Shown: positions 33,372 through 45,335, counted from the first letter of the stretch. The stretch: DNA of 64,000 nt from an uncultured Phycisphaerales bacterium (GCA_963755915.1 CAVWLP010000003.1:256001-320000), one strand, 5' to 3'. Notes: generated by a model from the sequence alone, not told the origin. Translations and numbers: made by a program.

Positions 33372-35600
33372 ATGGCTGGCAAATTGATATCTGTTGAAAA
33401 CATCAATTTTAACGCCCCGCACTCCCCGATGGGTGCATACATGAGCTTTACCACGGGTCAATTTGGAGCCCTCGGCGGAATCGGCACGCAAATCGGCAAA
33501 CCCGGGAACCAGGAAGTCTACGTCGGAGCGAAAAATGGCGGCCGCTTCGAAAGTTCGTCGCTGCGACGCCTCCCTTTCTTCACCTCCAGGCAAACTGACG
33601 CCACGAGCAACGCCAATTTTCTTGTCGAACAATCCGACTCAACAGTAAAGGACCCCGGCCGCCATATCGTCGCCTACATGGAGGATCAGATCCGCCGTGA
33701 ATATGGCTGGGCCACCGACCGATGGGTAACCCCAGACTTTACCTTCAGCATCTACACTCCATTTGGTTCGATCCCAGATCCCGCTCTTGTGCTTCCGACG
33801 CAAATGCGTTCGTCGCTGCTGCCGGCGCTCGTCGCTGAATTGGAATGCGATAACCGATTTGGAACCGAGACCAAAACGGTCTTCTTTGCCCTCGGCGTCA
33901 GCGAGCGAGGTTGGCGCCCCATCGATCCCCCCAGCACACCCCGGCGCGGATTCACCCTCCGCCAGGAAACCGGCGTAATGGCAGAGATCATCAACAAAGG
34001 CCACGGCGACGCCCCACCGCCCGATCTCTTCTGCCGCTGGACGCCTCATGAGGGCCTCCGCGAGCCTGTTCCACATCTGCTCGGCGCATGCCCCGGACTG
34101 CTCATGGAAGTGCCGCCAGGCGAACATCGCGTGCTGCGCCTCGCCATCGGCTGTTTTATCGCCGGCGTCGTCACCAGCGGTCTCTCAGGTCGCTACCTCT
34201 ACACGAGCTGTTTCAGCAGCCTGATTGATGTGCTCGAGTTCGCCCTCTCAAAAGGCGACCCCCGTCCCGCTTGTGACGCGCTCGATCAGCACCTCCTCGA
34301 ATCCGGCCTTACCACCGAGCAGCAATTTCTGATCGCCCACGCCACTCGCAGTTATTACGCCAACACCCAGCTTCTCGAAGTCGGCGGTCAGCCATGCTGG
34401 GTCGTCAATGAGGGCGAATATCGAATCATGAACACCCTCGACCTTTGCGTCGATCACATGTTCTGGGAACTCGACCAGAATTCCTGGGTCGTTCGCAACC
34501 TTCTCGATAATTTCGTTCGCCAATTTAGCTACGTTGACGGCCTCAAGTCCCCCTATTCAAACGAGATTCTTCCCGGCGGCATCAGCTTCTCGCACGACAT
34601 GGGGGCGCACAACGCTTTCAGTCCGCCCGGCAACAGCAGCTACGAGCTGCCGAATCTGAACGCCGTCTGCTTCAGCTATATGACGGCCGAGCAATTGTGC
34701 AATTGGATCCTGATGGCCGCCACCTACATCACCCAGACCGGCGACACCAACTGGGCCCGCTTCAACGACCACGTCTTCTCCGCATGCGCGGAGAGTTTGC
34801 ACCGCCGCAGTGGGCTCGGCGGAATCCCGGAATTCGACAGTTCCCGTTGCGGAACCGGCGCGGAGATTACCACCTACGACTCGCTCGACCCCTCGCTGTC
34901 GCAATCCCGCGATAGCCTCTATATGACCGTAAAATTCTGGGCGGCTTCGCTCGGCCTCGCCACTGTCTTTGGCCGCCTTCAAAACACAACCCAGGCTCAG
35001 CGCGCCTTTGCGATGGCCGATCGCATCGTAAAAACCCTCGTCCAGAAGCCCGGTCCTGACGGCGCCATCCCCGCCATTTTCGACAAACAAAGCAATGGCT
35101 ATCACTCGAGAATCCTGCCGGCCTGCGAAGGCCTTTTATATCCCTACGCCTGGGGAATCAATTTGGCCACTGAATCGCCCGAGATTTACGACCTCCTCAA
35201 GAAGCACGTTCGCGCCTTGCTCGAAGATCCCCAGCGGCGCAACTTGTTTCCCGACGGCGGAATTCGCCTCTCCTCCACATCCGACAACTCCTGGCTCAGC
35301 AAGATCGCCATATTCCAGGTCATCGCCAAACAGATCTTTCATCTGCACCAGGATCCCACCATTGCCTCGCTCTTCGATGAAGCCGACCGCGCCCACGTGA
35401 ACTGGCAGGTGAAGGGCAGCGGCTACTGGGGATGTTCCGATCAGTTCGTCAGGGGAATCGCCAAGGGAAGTCGCTGGTATCCCAGAAACATCATCGCAGC
35501 CTTATGGCTCGTCCCGGAAGACAACACCTCTGCCCGACCTTTAAAATCCGTCCGACTGCGAACCATGAAGGGGTTGCCGGTTCATCGGGCTATTCACTGA
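33372..35600 (+). CDS. GH52 beta-xylosidase
   Basis: FNAPHSPMGA, VNEGEYRIMNTLDL, SFSHDMG, EITTYDSLD, SWLSKI and SRWYPR. Confidence 0.9.
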   Translation: MAGKLISVENINFNAPHSPMGAYMSFTTGQFGALGGIGTQIGKPGNQEVYVGAKNGGRFESSSLRRLPFFTSRQTDATSNANFLVEQSDSTVKDPGRHIVAYMEDQIRREYGWATDRWVTPDFTFSIYTPFGSIPDPALVLPTQMRSSLLPALVAELECDNRFGTETKTVFFALGVSERGWRPIDPPSTPRRGFTLRQETGVMAEIINKGHGDAPPPDLFCRWTPHEGLREPVPHLLGACPGLLMEVPPGEHRVLRLAIGCFIAGVVTSGLSGRYLYTSCFSSLIDVLEFALSKGDPRPACDALDQHLLESGLTTEQQFLIAHATRSYYANTQLLEVGGQPCWVVNEGEYRIMNTLDLCVDHMFWELDQNSWVVRNLLDNFVRQFSYVDGLKSPYSNEILPGGISFSHDMGAHNAFSPPGNSSYELPNLNAVCFSYMTAEQLCNWILMAATYITQTGDTNWARFNDHVFSACAESLHRRSGLGGIPEFDSSRCGTGAEITTYDSLDPSLSQSRDSLYMTVKFWAASLGLATVFGRLQNTTQAQRAFAMADRIVKTLVQKPGPDGAIPAIFDKQSNGYHSRILPACEGLLYPYAWGINLATESPEIYDLLKKHVRALLEDPQRRNLFPDGGIRLSSTSDNSWLSKIAIFQVIAKQIFHLHQDPTIASLFDEADRAHVNWQVKGSGYWGCSDQFVRGIAKGSRWYPRNIIAALWLVPEDNTSARPLKSVRLRTMKGLPVHRAIH

Positions 35601-35623
35601 ACCGCTACGCCGCCGCCATTTCA

Positions 35624-36480
35624 TCAATGCCAGTCGCGCGGCCCTTTGGGCTTGTCACGCAGAGATTCCATGGAAATGGATCGAACGGCGGCGATCAATT
35701 CCGCCGACATCGCCGCCAGCTGCGCGATCAACGGACGAATCTCCTCAAATTGCTGCCCGCCCGCGCGGTCTTCTATTTCAAGCGCCACGGCGCCGGCCTT
35801 AGTGGAAACCGTGGAGATCATTCCCCCCAGCCTGTGACCCGACTGCGCCAGCCGGGAAGAATCGCGCGCCTGAAACGCCTCCTGCACATCCGCCAGATAT
35901 TCAGGAAGTCCAACCAGAAACTGCCTGCAAATGACGTTGAGATTCTCCTGGTCATACCCGCTGGCCGCGAGCAGAACGCCGGCGTCGATCAGGTCAGGGC
36001 CCGATCGCGCCTGCAGGTATGGCGCTGTGACCGCGTGTTGAACCGCATTCCGCAAGGCGTCCATCTTGATCGGCTTGTGAAGAAAATTGTCCATGCCGGC
36101 AGCGAGGCAGCGCTCGCGCACCGCACGGCTCGTACCCGCGGTAAGTGCGACCACCGGAAGATGCCCTCCCATCCGGCGTTCACGCTCGCGGAGCTGCTGG
36201 ATCACCTCGAACCCGTCCATTTCCGGAAGCTGAATATCCAGCAGAAGCACATCAAAGCCCCCACCGGCAGCGAGGTCAAATGCCTCACGCCCATTGGCCC
36301 GCGCTGAACCGAATGCCCCTCTCGCGTAAGAAGCCGTTCCAGCAGCCGGGCGCTGAACTCATCGTCTTCCGCGATCAGAAAGCTTAGCGGCGCAGCCGAT
36401 GGTAGCGCAAAATGTGCCGCGCCAAGATTCAGTTCCGAGCTTGCGGCCACGGATTTTGTGCGGCTCTGGCGGCTCATCAT
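35624..36480 (-). CDS. Receiver + Hpt domain protein, frameshift near 36295
   Basis: LIAEDDEFS joins DVLLLDIQLPEMDG, then KP and an Hpt-like GHRLGG. Confidence 0.72.
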
Positions 36481-36593
36481 TATCCGACCACAAAACGCGA
36501 CGTCCAATTCCCGACAATTCGGCGAAACTCGCCCGCCGATCAATTTCCAACTATATTAACAAATGTCCGCAATGGCTTCCAAGATCACCAAAA

Positions 36594-38049
36594 ATGTTAC
36601 CACGCCTATTGCTCATTGACGACGACAAGTTTGTGGTTCCCACCCAGGTCCGCCAGACCTTTCCCGCCGAGTCGTTCGCATTGGAAGTCGCCACCACCGG
36701 CGCCGCCGGATTGGAGCGGGTCCGGGCGGCGGCGCCCGATCTTATTCTTCTCGACGTCGGGCTCCCCGATCAGTCGGGATTGAAAGTCTACCAGGGCATC
36801 CGCGCCATCGACGCCCGCATTCCCGTCATTTTCATCACCATGACCAAGACGGCCGACCTGGCCATCGAAGCCATGAAACAGGGGGCGTACGACTACCTTT
36901 TTAAACCCATCGATCAGCAGCGACTCGGCACGGTGGTTCGCGAAGCCCTCGAAGTCGTGCGGCGGATGCGCGTGCCGGTCGTCCTCAGCGAGACCCAGGA
37001 ATCCCCCGAGGAAGAAGGGAGGATGGTCGGTGCATGCAAAGCAATGCTCGAGGTTTACAAGAGGATCGGCCGCGTCGCCGAGCAGGACGTAACCGTCCTC
37101 ATCACCGGCGAAAGCGGAACAGGCAAGGAACTCGTCGCCCGGGCGATCTATCAGCACAGCGTCCGCGCCAACGCACCGTTTCTTGCCCTGAACTGCGCGG
37201 CCGTTCCCGAAAACCTGCTTGAGAGCGAATTATTCGGCCACGAAAAAGGCGCCTTCACCGGCGCCGACCGCCGGCGAATCGGAAAATTCGAACAGTGCAA
37301 CGGAGGAACCATCCTCCTCGACGAAATCGGCGACATGCCGTCCCCCCTTCAGGCCAAGATTTTGCGCCTCCTCCAGGAGCAGACCTTCGAGCGCGTCGGA
37401 GGAAACGAAACCGTACACACCGATGTTCGCCTCATCGCATCCACCAACCGCGATTTGAAAGCACTCTGCGATGAAGGCAAATTCCGCGCCGACCTCTATT
37501 ACCGCCTCAGCGTCTTTAACATCCATCTCCCGCCGCTGCGCAGAGCGCACTGATGATCTCTCCCCTCTGGTGCGGTATTACCTCAAGCAGTTCAGCCGCG
37601 AATTGCGGCGCGATGTGAACCAGGTGGCCCCGGAAGCTTTGGAGCGGCTGGGCGCCTATTCATGGCCCGGCAACATCCGGGAATTGCAAAGCGTTTTGAA
37701 GCAGGCACTTTTGAAAGCCAGCGGAACCACCCTCCTGGCAAGCTTTTTGCCCGAACTGATGGATAACGCAGTTTCGCAAAGCTTGGGCCGCGCCGGATTG
37801 AGCCAATATTTCAACCTCGACGCCCTCCTGTGGCTCCGCCTCCAGCCCAATGCCGCGGATTTGTACGCCGAAGTACACAAGGAACTGGACCGATATTTTC
37901 TCGCCCGCGTTTTGGACCATGCGAAAGGCAACCGGCATTTGGCGGCGCGGCTGCTCGGAATCGCCCGACAGACGCTTCGCATCAAGCTGCGCGAGGCCGG
38001 CATCGATGCCGCCCCATTGCTTGAAACCGAAGACGACGAGCAGCCATAA
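36594..38049 (+). CDS. Sigma54-dependent response regulator (NtrC family), frameshift near 37545
   Basis: REC domain, GESGTGKE, GAFTGA, LDEIG, WPGNIREL and a Fis-type HTH. Confidence 0.93.
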
Positions 38050-38062
38050 AGATCGTCGCCGC

Positions 38063-40729
38063 CTAATCTTCTTTGGGCTGCCTGGAATATTCGATTAGCG
38101 CCGACCGCAGCTTCGCGACGGCGGCTTCCAACTCAGATAAAGCATCATTCCAACCCGCCGCACCCTGCTCGCTCGCCAATTCCTCGAGGCGCGCCACCGC
38201 TTCGTAGGCGTTTTGTGCGCCAAAGCTGCCCACCTGCGCCTTGAGTTTATGCGCCGCCGCCGCCAAAGTCTGCCGATCATTTTGTAACGCGGCATTACGA
38301 ACTTCTTCCAGCAGTCTGGGCGATTGATCCAGAAACCATTGCACCATTTGGGCCAGGATGTCCCGGTCGCCATCGATCCCGGCAAGCGCGGCCTGCGGAT
38401 CGAATATCGCGTCCGCCTTCGGCCCCACAGGGGCAGAACGTGTTTCAGATCCCCCTTTGGAAGCCAACAAACCGCTCATAACCGCCAAAAGTTCAGCCGA
38501 CTTGATCGGCTTGGCGACGTAAGCGTCCATCCCCGCGGCAATGCAGCGCTCCCGGTCTCCCTTCATCGCGTGAGCCGTCAGCGCGACGATTGGAATGTGC
38601 CTCGGCGTCTGCGCCGTCCGCTCTTTGGCCCGGATCGCCTGCGCGGTCGATAAACCGTCCATTTCCGGCATCTGCACATCCATTAGAACCAGATCAAAAG
38701 ATTCCTTTTCCAGCGCCGCCAGCGCGGCTTTTCCGTTCGACGCCATCGACACCGTGTGGCCCCACTTTCTCAGCAGGCTCCCCACCACGTCCTGGTTAAA
38801 CTCGTTGTCCTCCGCCACCAGAATCCGCAGATGGCGAGGCATGTCCGGGGCCAGATCGCCCGAAGGCGACACCGTCTGATCGTCCGACGCCAGCGTCCCC
38901 AGCGTCGTAAGGATGGCATTGAGCAATTCCGACTGCTTGAAGGGCTTGCGCAAGTAAATGTTAATCCCCAATTCGCGGCAGCGTTTCAATTCGCCCGCGC
39001 CGTCCAGTGACGAAAGCATCATGATCGTCGCGTCCGCCAGCGCCGGATCGTGCTTGATCTCCTCTGCCACGGCAAAGCCATCCATATCTGGCATCACCGA
39101 ATCCAGCAGCACCAGCGGAAACGGTTCCCCGGCGACCGCCGCCCGCTTCAGGGCTTCGATGGCATCGCGCCCTCCACTCACGCCGGTCGGCTTCATTCGC
39201 CAATTCACAAGCATCTCGGTGAGGATGTGCAAATTGGTATCGTTGTCGTCGGCAGCGAGCACGGGCATCTCTTCCAGATCGAGCCGGTCCGCCTTTGCCG
39301 GCGCGTGGGATTGCGGCTGGAGCTCGAATCGCGCCGTGAAATGAAACGCGCTTCCCCGCCCCACCTCGCTTTCAACCCAGATGCGCCCGCCCATCAGTTC
39401 CACCAGCCTCGAGGAGATCGCCAACCCCAGTCCCGTGCCTCCGAACCGCCGGGCCATCGAACTATCCGCCTGGGCGAACGCCCCGAAAATCATCCTCTGT
39501 TTGTCCAAAGGAATGCCCGGCCCGGTGTCCGTAACCGCAACGTGCAGCAGGATTTGGTTCCCGCTAGTGGACTCAACCCCGGCCTGTACCACGACCTCCC
39601 CTTTGTCCGTGAACTTGATCGCGTTGCCCACCAGATTCGTCAGAATCTGCACCAGACGCAGTACGTCGCCGCTCAGGCGCTCAGGAGTGGCCGGATCGAC
39701 GTGCAGCGCAAGCTCCAGACCTTTGCGATGCGCCTGCGGGCCGAATCCCTTGATCGTTTCGCCCATGCTTTCCCGCAGGCTGAAGTCCGTCGGTTCCAGA
39801 TCCAGACGGCCCGCTTCAATCTTGGAAAAGTCCAGGATGTCGTTGATCACGCGCAGCAGCAGGTCCGCCGACGCCTTCGCCCTTTCCAGATAATGCCGTT
39901 GCTCCGATTCAAGCTGCGTCCCCAGAGTCAGGTCCAGCATCCCGATCACCCCGTTCATCGGCGTGCGGATTTCGTGGCTCATGCTCGCCAGGAATTCGCT
40001 CTTCGCCTGGCTCGACGCCTCCGCCGCTTCCTTCGCCAGTTGAGCCTCCGCGGCGCGTTTGTGCTCGGTCAGGTCCCGCACAATTGTCGCGATCGCAACC
40101 ACTTCTCCCCCGGAATTCACGATCGGCGAAATCGAAAGCGCAACCGGAACGGAACTGCCGTCCTTTCGGGCACAAACCGTCTCAAAATGAGGCGTGCTCT
40201 GCCCCGCCTTGGCGGCGTCAAACAAAAACGAGCCCTCATTTCGCCGTTCCGAGGCCAACATAAAGTTGGCGGGTCTCCCAAGCATTTCCTCCGCCAGATA
40301 ACCGAAGAGGCCTTCCGCAGCCCCATTCCAACTCGTAACCACCCCCCGCACGTCGTTGCTGAGAATCGCTTCCCCCGACGATTCCACGATCGAGGCCAAT
40401 TCCAGCGTCCGCTGCTCCGTTCGCTTATACAAAACACACAAGAGTGCCACCGCCCAGATGCCCAGGACGGCAAATACCCGGTTGTAAACGTCCGCCCACA
40501 GGGGGCCCGGCTCGCTTAAAACACACCCCAGAATGGTCAGGATCGTACATCCGAGTGCCGCCATCCACGTCGGCCGAATACCCGGCAGCCATAAACTCGC
40601 CCCCACCACCGCTACATACAGCGCCGCCGGTGTCACCCCACGCGGAAAAGGAATGTCCAGAGAAAAAAGCAGAATCGCAAATGCGACCGACCCCCATACA
40701 ATGGCGTTCTTTTTTGACTTGTGGCTCAT
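38063..40729 (-). CDS. Hybrid sensor histidine kinase (TM-PAS-HisKA-HATPase-REC-REC-Hpt)
   Basis: [25 protein letters not shown], two receiver domains and AHKLK Hpt. Confidence 0.94.
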   Translation of the reverse strand: MSHKSKKNAIVWGSVAFAILLFSLDIPFPRGVTPAALYVAVVGASLWLPGIRPTWMAALGCTILTILGCVLSEPGPLWADVYNRVFAVLGIWAVALLCVLYKRTEQRTLELASIVESSGEAILSNDVRGVVTSWNGAAEGLFGYLAEEMLGRPANFMLASERRNEGSFLFDAAKAGQSTPHFETVCARKDGSSVPVALSISPIVNSGGEVVAIATIVRDLTEHKRAAEAQLAKEAAEASSQAKSEFLASMSHEIRTPMNGVIGMLDLTLGTQLESEQRHYLERAKASADLLLRVINDILDFSKIEAGRLDLEPTDFSLRESMGETIKGFGPQAHRKGLELALHVDPATPERLSGDVLRLVQILTNLVGNAIKFTDKGEVVVQAGVESTSGNQILLHVAVTDTGPGIPLDKQRMIFGAFAQADSSMARRFGGTGLGLAISSRLVELMGGRIWVESEVGRGSAFHFTARFELQPQSHAPAKADRLDLEEMPVLAADDNDTNLHILTEMLVNWRMKPTGVSGGRDAIEALKRAAVAGEPFPLVLLDSVMPDMDGFAVAEEIKHDPALADATIMMLSSLDGAGELKRCRELGINIYLRKPFKQSELLNAILTTLGTLASDDQTVSPSGDLAPDMPRHLRILVAEDNEFNQDVVGSLLRKWGHTVSMASNGKAALAALEKESFDLVLMDVQMPEMDGLSTAQAIRAKERTAQTPRHIPIVALTAHAMKGDRERCIAAGMDAYVAKPIKSAELLAVMSGLLASKGGSETRSAPVGPKADAIFDPQAALAGIDGDRDILAQMVQWFLDQSPRLLEEVRNAALQNDRQTLAAAAHKLKAQVGSFGAQNAYEAVARLEELASEQGAAGWNDALSELEAAVAKLRSALIEYSRQPKED

Positions 40730-41029
40730 GGGTTCTCGATTCCAATTCCCAACTCCAGGTCATCACATTGACCAGCGCAGAAAAGACGCCTGAATGAAAA
40801 AATAATATTTCGAGCAGCCGCCCGCTGGATATCTGAATTAAGCGCAGGGGAGGGTACATCAACCAATAATCGGTTGCAAAAATCAATGGACGCGACGACG
40901 GCCGGATTCCTTCGCGCCTGGTACGAATTTAATCACGCCGGGTAAATTTCTTTCCCCCCACTGTGTCGAATGACAACATTTCCCTGCGAGATCCCCGCGC
41001 CGGTTGATCTTGCGCGATATCAAAGAACC

Positions 41030-41045
41030 TGGCACCGAAGTTGCT
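41030..41045 (+). promoter_or_regulatory. Sigma54 (-24/-12) promoter
   Basis: TGGCAC-CGAAG-TTGCT matches the TGGCAC-N5-TTGCW consensus, about 70 bp upstream of GGGAGG-N5-ATG at 41117. Confidence 0.75.
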
Positions 41046-41116
41046 TTAGCCCTTAGCGCAACACCAGATGCAAGCTCATCGGTGTTGTCGGCACGAGAAA
41101 CCAAAGGGAGGTCAAC

Positions 41117-41889
41117 ATGACCACGATCACACAGAAAGATCCGACCCCGCTTCATGCCCGCAAATTCGCCGAAACTTACGAAGGCACACCGGCACACTCC
41201 ACCATCCCTATGGCCTGGGGGGCTTTGGGCGCAACGGATACGTCGCCGAGCGCGATCACACAACCGTCCTCGTTCAGCAGCATCTCAACCGCCTGGCAGA
41301 AATCTCCACAGATGAAAACGCCCATCCGATCGTCCGCGAACTGATTGCCCAGGCAGCCAATCGATTGCAAGTGTTGTGTGCCTCGATGTTATTTCGCAGC
41401 TATCCCCGGCTCACCAAACCCCCGCTCAACCTTCAGCCGGATGAGCTGCTCAGCGCCGTCGTCGAGCGAATGCTGAAAGCAATGCGGGAGTTCCGACCGG
41501 ACGGTCCCCGCCAATTTTTCGCATTGGCCACTCGCCATATGCGATGGGAGCTCAACGACCTGGCACGCCGTTTGGACCATGAAAACCAGGCCCAGCCCCT
41601 CAACGATTCAGCCATGGCTGCGCCCGAACCAAGCGTTACCACCCAGGTGACTCGCAACGCCCGTCGAATACTCGACGCGATCGAAGAGCTCCCCACCGAT
41701 GAAAAGGACGTCTTCGAGCTCGTCAAAATGCAGGGAATGGCCCGGCCAAATGCTGCCGCCGTTCTCGGAATTTGCGCCAAAACCGTACAGCGCCGTCTGA
41801 ACCGCGCCCTGGTGCTGTTGTCCCAGAAGTTAGGCGATCTTCAGCCCGTGCAGGGTGAGCATCCCAGCAAATCCTACCCCTCGCAATAA
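41117..41889 (+). CDS. ECF-type sigma70 factor; N-terminus probably frameshifted
   Basis: Region 2 (QFFALATRHMRWELNDLARR) and region 4 (AIEELP...AAAVLGICAKTVQRRLNRA). The RBS-supported ATG at 41117 is out of frame with the core. Confidence 0.82.
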
Positions 41890-42031
41890 AACCTTCGCGC
41901 GCGCCCAAGTCGCCGCGTCGCGATGACGCCTCCCGCCCCCCGTACCGGGTCAGTTCACTCCCGGAACGCCCACGGCGCTGCCGTGGGGAATTCGTATTTC
42001 GACACGAAGCCCAAACTGACCCACCACCCCC

Positions 42032-43714
42032 TCAATGATGCCCGGCCATTATCGCCAGCACCTGCGCCCGACAATCGGCATCAATTCCGCCAGCGGCGCC
42101 ACCGCCGCATAAACCGTCGCCGGTGAATCAGACAGCGTCAATTCCGACGCAAACTGAAGCGTCGTCGAGCTCGTCATCACCCCCGCGATCCACCCGCTCA
42201 CCGATACAAAATTCATCCGCAAAATCTTTCGCGCAAAGCACGCCACGATAAACACCGGCGCCACCGTCACCACCGCTCCCCAAAACAGCAGCGAGACTCC
42301 CCCGCCGTCCGCCGCCCGCTGAATAAAATGATCCCCCGCCTGAAACCCTACGCACGCCAGAAATATTGCCAGCCCAAAATCCCGAAAGAGCTGGTTCGCC
42401 GCCGCTGGCATATACCAGATCACCGCCCCAAAACTCCCCAGCCGCGAAAGCCCGATCGCCGCCAGCAACGACCCCGCCGCCAATCCCATGTGCAGCGCCC
42501 CATGCAAATTCGGCAACTTCAGCGGAATGCTCCCCAGCACCACCCCCACCAGCAGCCCCAAAAAATCGGCGCCAGCTGCGCATGATCCAATTCCTCCATG
42601 GAATTCCCCAATTCCCCCTCCACCAGCTTCAGCGCCGCCTTCGGCCCGATCGCCGTCACCCGATCCGCAAACGCCAGCCGCAAATTCGCCGTCGGCACCA
42701 AATCCACCCCCGCCCGATGCACCTTCCCAATCGTCACCCCATGCCGCCGCCGAAGATTCAATTCCCGCAGCGATCTCCGCAGCGAATGATGGTGCGTCAC
42801 CACAAATTCCGCCCGGTCCAGGTCCCCCGTCACCGTGCTCAAATCCACCGCGCTGCGCCGTCCAAACGAATCCACCACCTTATCCAGCCGATCCTTCGTC
42901 CCCACCGCCCGAAAAACATCCCCCACTCTCACCACCGTCGTAGGCCGAGGAATCGTCTCCACCCCGTCGCGCAGCAGCCGCGTCAGAATCACTCCCTCCC
43001 GATCCAGCATCGGCTCGTCCCGAACACATTTCCCCGCAAATTCCGACTCCGTCACCTCAAAATCCACGAACTCGATCGGCGTCCGATTCTGCTGCTCCGC
43101 TCGCGCCAGCGCCGCCCGCTCCTCCGATATGTCGATCCGAAAGAAACTCCGCACCGCCGCCACGACGAGCATCGGCCCCACCACACCAAATGGATACGTA
43201 ATCGAATACGCCAGCCCGCTCGCCTCCGCCATGCTTTGCCCGTCCATCCCCGGCCGCGCCCGCGCAGTGCTTCCTGAGCCGCCGCCAGCCCCGGCGTCGT
43301 CGTGAACGCCCCGCAATAAAGCCCCGCCGCCGTCCCCCGCGGAATCAGCCGCGTCACCGCCAGCGCCATCACCGCCCCCAGCACAAGCGTCGCCAGCGAC
43401 AGCAGATTCAGCCTCAGCCCCTCCGACCGCAGCGAACTCGCAAACCCCGGCCCCACCTGCAGCCCGATCGCATACATAAAAATCACCAGCGCAAAATCCT
43501 CCAGAAAATTCACCACCGACGCATCGAGTTCCAATCCGCACTGCCGAAACACCAGCGCCGAAAATAAAACCCCCGCAATCCCCAGCTTGATCCCCCAAAC
43601 CCGAATCGCCCCCAGCGAAAGACCAACCGTCACGGCCAGTCCCAAAATCGCCAGGCTGTAAGCCACCGAACCCCTGAAATCCTCACTGAAAATCGCCGCA
43701 ACATTTCCCATCAT
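42032..43714 (-). CDS. AspT/YidE/YbjL-family transporter with TrkA-C domains, three frameshifts
   Basis: GIKLGIAGVLF, FMYAIGLQVGPGF, GAFTTTPGL, AYSITYPFGVVG and RDFGLAIFLACVG spread over ORFs 43052-43744, 42519-43598 and 42049-42561. Confidence 0.85.
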
Positions 43715-44016
43715 GCCCGCAAACCTACAGTCAAACCCCCGCAATGGAAAACAGCCGCCGCTAACTTTTCTTTATCCCGCCCAAACCGCCCCACTTCCCG
43801 CGTTCATTCCACGAAATCGTACTTGCGTCCGCTTCCCCAGCGCATCTGATTGACCAGCCGCCGCATGCTTCCCATCCTGCCACGTGCTTATCAAAAAACC
43901 TCTCCAAGGCGGCACAAACGGGGTCGGTAATTCATGAACAATTCATTTCTATGAATTAAAAAACACAAAGGCACCTAAATTCAAGGGGGAGATCCGCCTG
44001 CCGATGGAGACGTCCG

Positions 44017-44784
44017 GTGTTTCAAACTGTCGCAAAGAAGTTCTTACGGCGAACGGGGTTTTCCGTCCGTCGAATGACACGTTTCGAGCGCCTCCTCCAG
44101 CGCGAATTGGATCGGGGTCAACCCTTCGTCTTTGTCCAGATCGGCGCTAACGACGGAATCAGCTTCGACAAGCTTTTCCAATTCAACCGCGAAAACAAAA
44201 CCAGCGGCCTCGTCGTCGAACCCCTTTCCGATATGTTCGAGCGACTGCGCTTCAATTACCGCAGCCGCCCGTCAATCAAGCCCGTCCGTGTCGCCCTCCA
44301 TCCCACCCAACGCACCGTCAAACTTCACCGCGTCCGGCCCGATTTGGAATACACCTTGCCCCACTGGGCATCGGGAATCGGTTCCCTCGATCCAAATTGG
44401 CATGATAAATGCGGAATTGCCGACGATGCCATGATCGAGGAAGAAGTCCCCGCGATGTCATTGATGGAGCTTCTGAAAGCACACTCGATCACCCGTCTGA
44501 ATCTGCTGCAAACCGATGTCGAGGGCTTCGACGCAGAAGTGATCGGCATGATCGACTTCGACGTCATTCGACCCTCCGTCATCAAATATGAAAGCGTCCA
44601 CTGCGCCGGCCCCGATCCCGCCCTGCGCATTCTGCAAGCCCACGGGTACCAGACCCAACGCGAAGGCGACGACATGATCGCCTGGCTGCGCCACCCCACC
44701 AGCGTCTCTTTCACCAGACATGCTCCGATAGAGCCCGAACCCGACATTCTCACCCCTGCACAAACGCCCTCACTCCCCATCTGA
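44017..44784 (+). CDS. FkbM-family methyltransferase
   Basis: FVQIGANDG, LVVEP and LLQTDVEGFD. Confidence 0.85.
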   Translation: MFQTVAKKFLRRTGFSVRRMTRFERLLQRELDRGQPFVFVQIGANDGISFDKLFQFNRENKTSGLVVEPLSDMFERLRFNYRSRPSIKPVRVALHPTQRTVKLHRVRPDLEYTLPHWASGIGSLDPNWHDKCGIADDAMIEEEVPAMSLMELLKAHSITRLNLLQTDVEGFDAEVIGMIDFDVIRPSVIKYESVHCAGPDPALRILQAHGYQTQREGDDMIAWLRHPTSVSFTRHAPIEPEPDILTPAQTPSLPI

Positions 44785-44946
44785 AAGCTGCCGTCCACGC
44801 GAAGATTCGCACCACGGCCAAAAATTCTGTGCGCCGGGGACATCAAGACAAAATTGGACAGTCCGCAACAAAATGGGGCGTTTGGGTAATCTGGGTATCG
44901 CCCCTGCGTCACTTCTGCCATGATTTTACCACGATTGGTCTTTCTT

Positions 44947-44970
44947 GTGGGGCGGGCGTATTCGCCCACC
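44947..44970 (+). repeat. REP-like palindrome
   Basis: GTGGGGCGGGCGTATTCGCCCACC; a related copy GTAGCTGGGCGCGATTCGCCCACC lies on the minus strand at 28248-28271. Confidence 0.45.
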
Positions 44971-45071
44971 GTTTGGATTGCTCGCTCGCCGAGATCGCAA
45001 TCGCGCCGAACGGCAGCCCGGCCGCAATGCGCCCTGAGACTAAAACCGCGCTCTGCGTTCACTCATTTTCT

Positions 45072-45335
45072 TCACGGCTCGCGAATATACACCTGCACTG
45101 AAATCGCCCGGTTTGCAATTACCTGTTTGCCTGAAAGATCGCGCTCCATTTTGGCGGGGTCCGCTACGTCCTTTGCAGAGTCCATTACTACGAATATCAA
45201 AGACTCACATGCAGGGTGCGTGGGGTATGACTGTATGTCATCGTTGATCTGCTTTACAATCTTTTTCCAGTCACCACTTTTGTACAGCCACTTTATCTCG
45301 ACCATTACGCGTGCCGTGTTGCTGCAGAGGTCTCG
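45072..45335 (-). pseudogene. C-terminal fragment of a PD-(D/E)XK nuclease (DpnII/MboI-like REase domain)
   Basis: DLCSNTARVMVEIK...IVKQINDDIQSYPTHPACESLIFVVMD; the upstream part is replaced by hamB sequence. Confidence 0.55.

Noticed and set aside
39050-40519. Long antisense or alternate-frame ORFs (also 9651-10838, 22408-23388, 42366-43277, 61393-62400)
   Set aside because: Shadows of well-supported genes in high-GC DNA, with no recognisable motifs.
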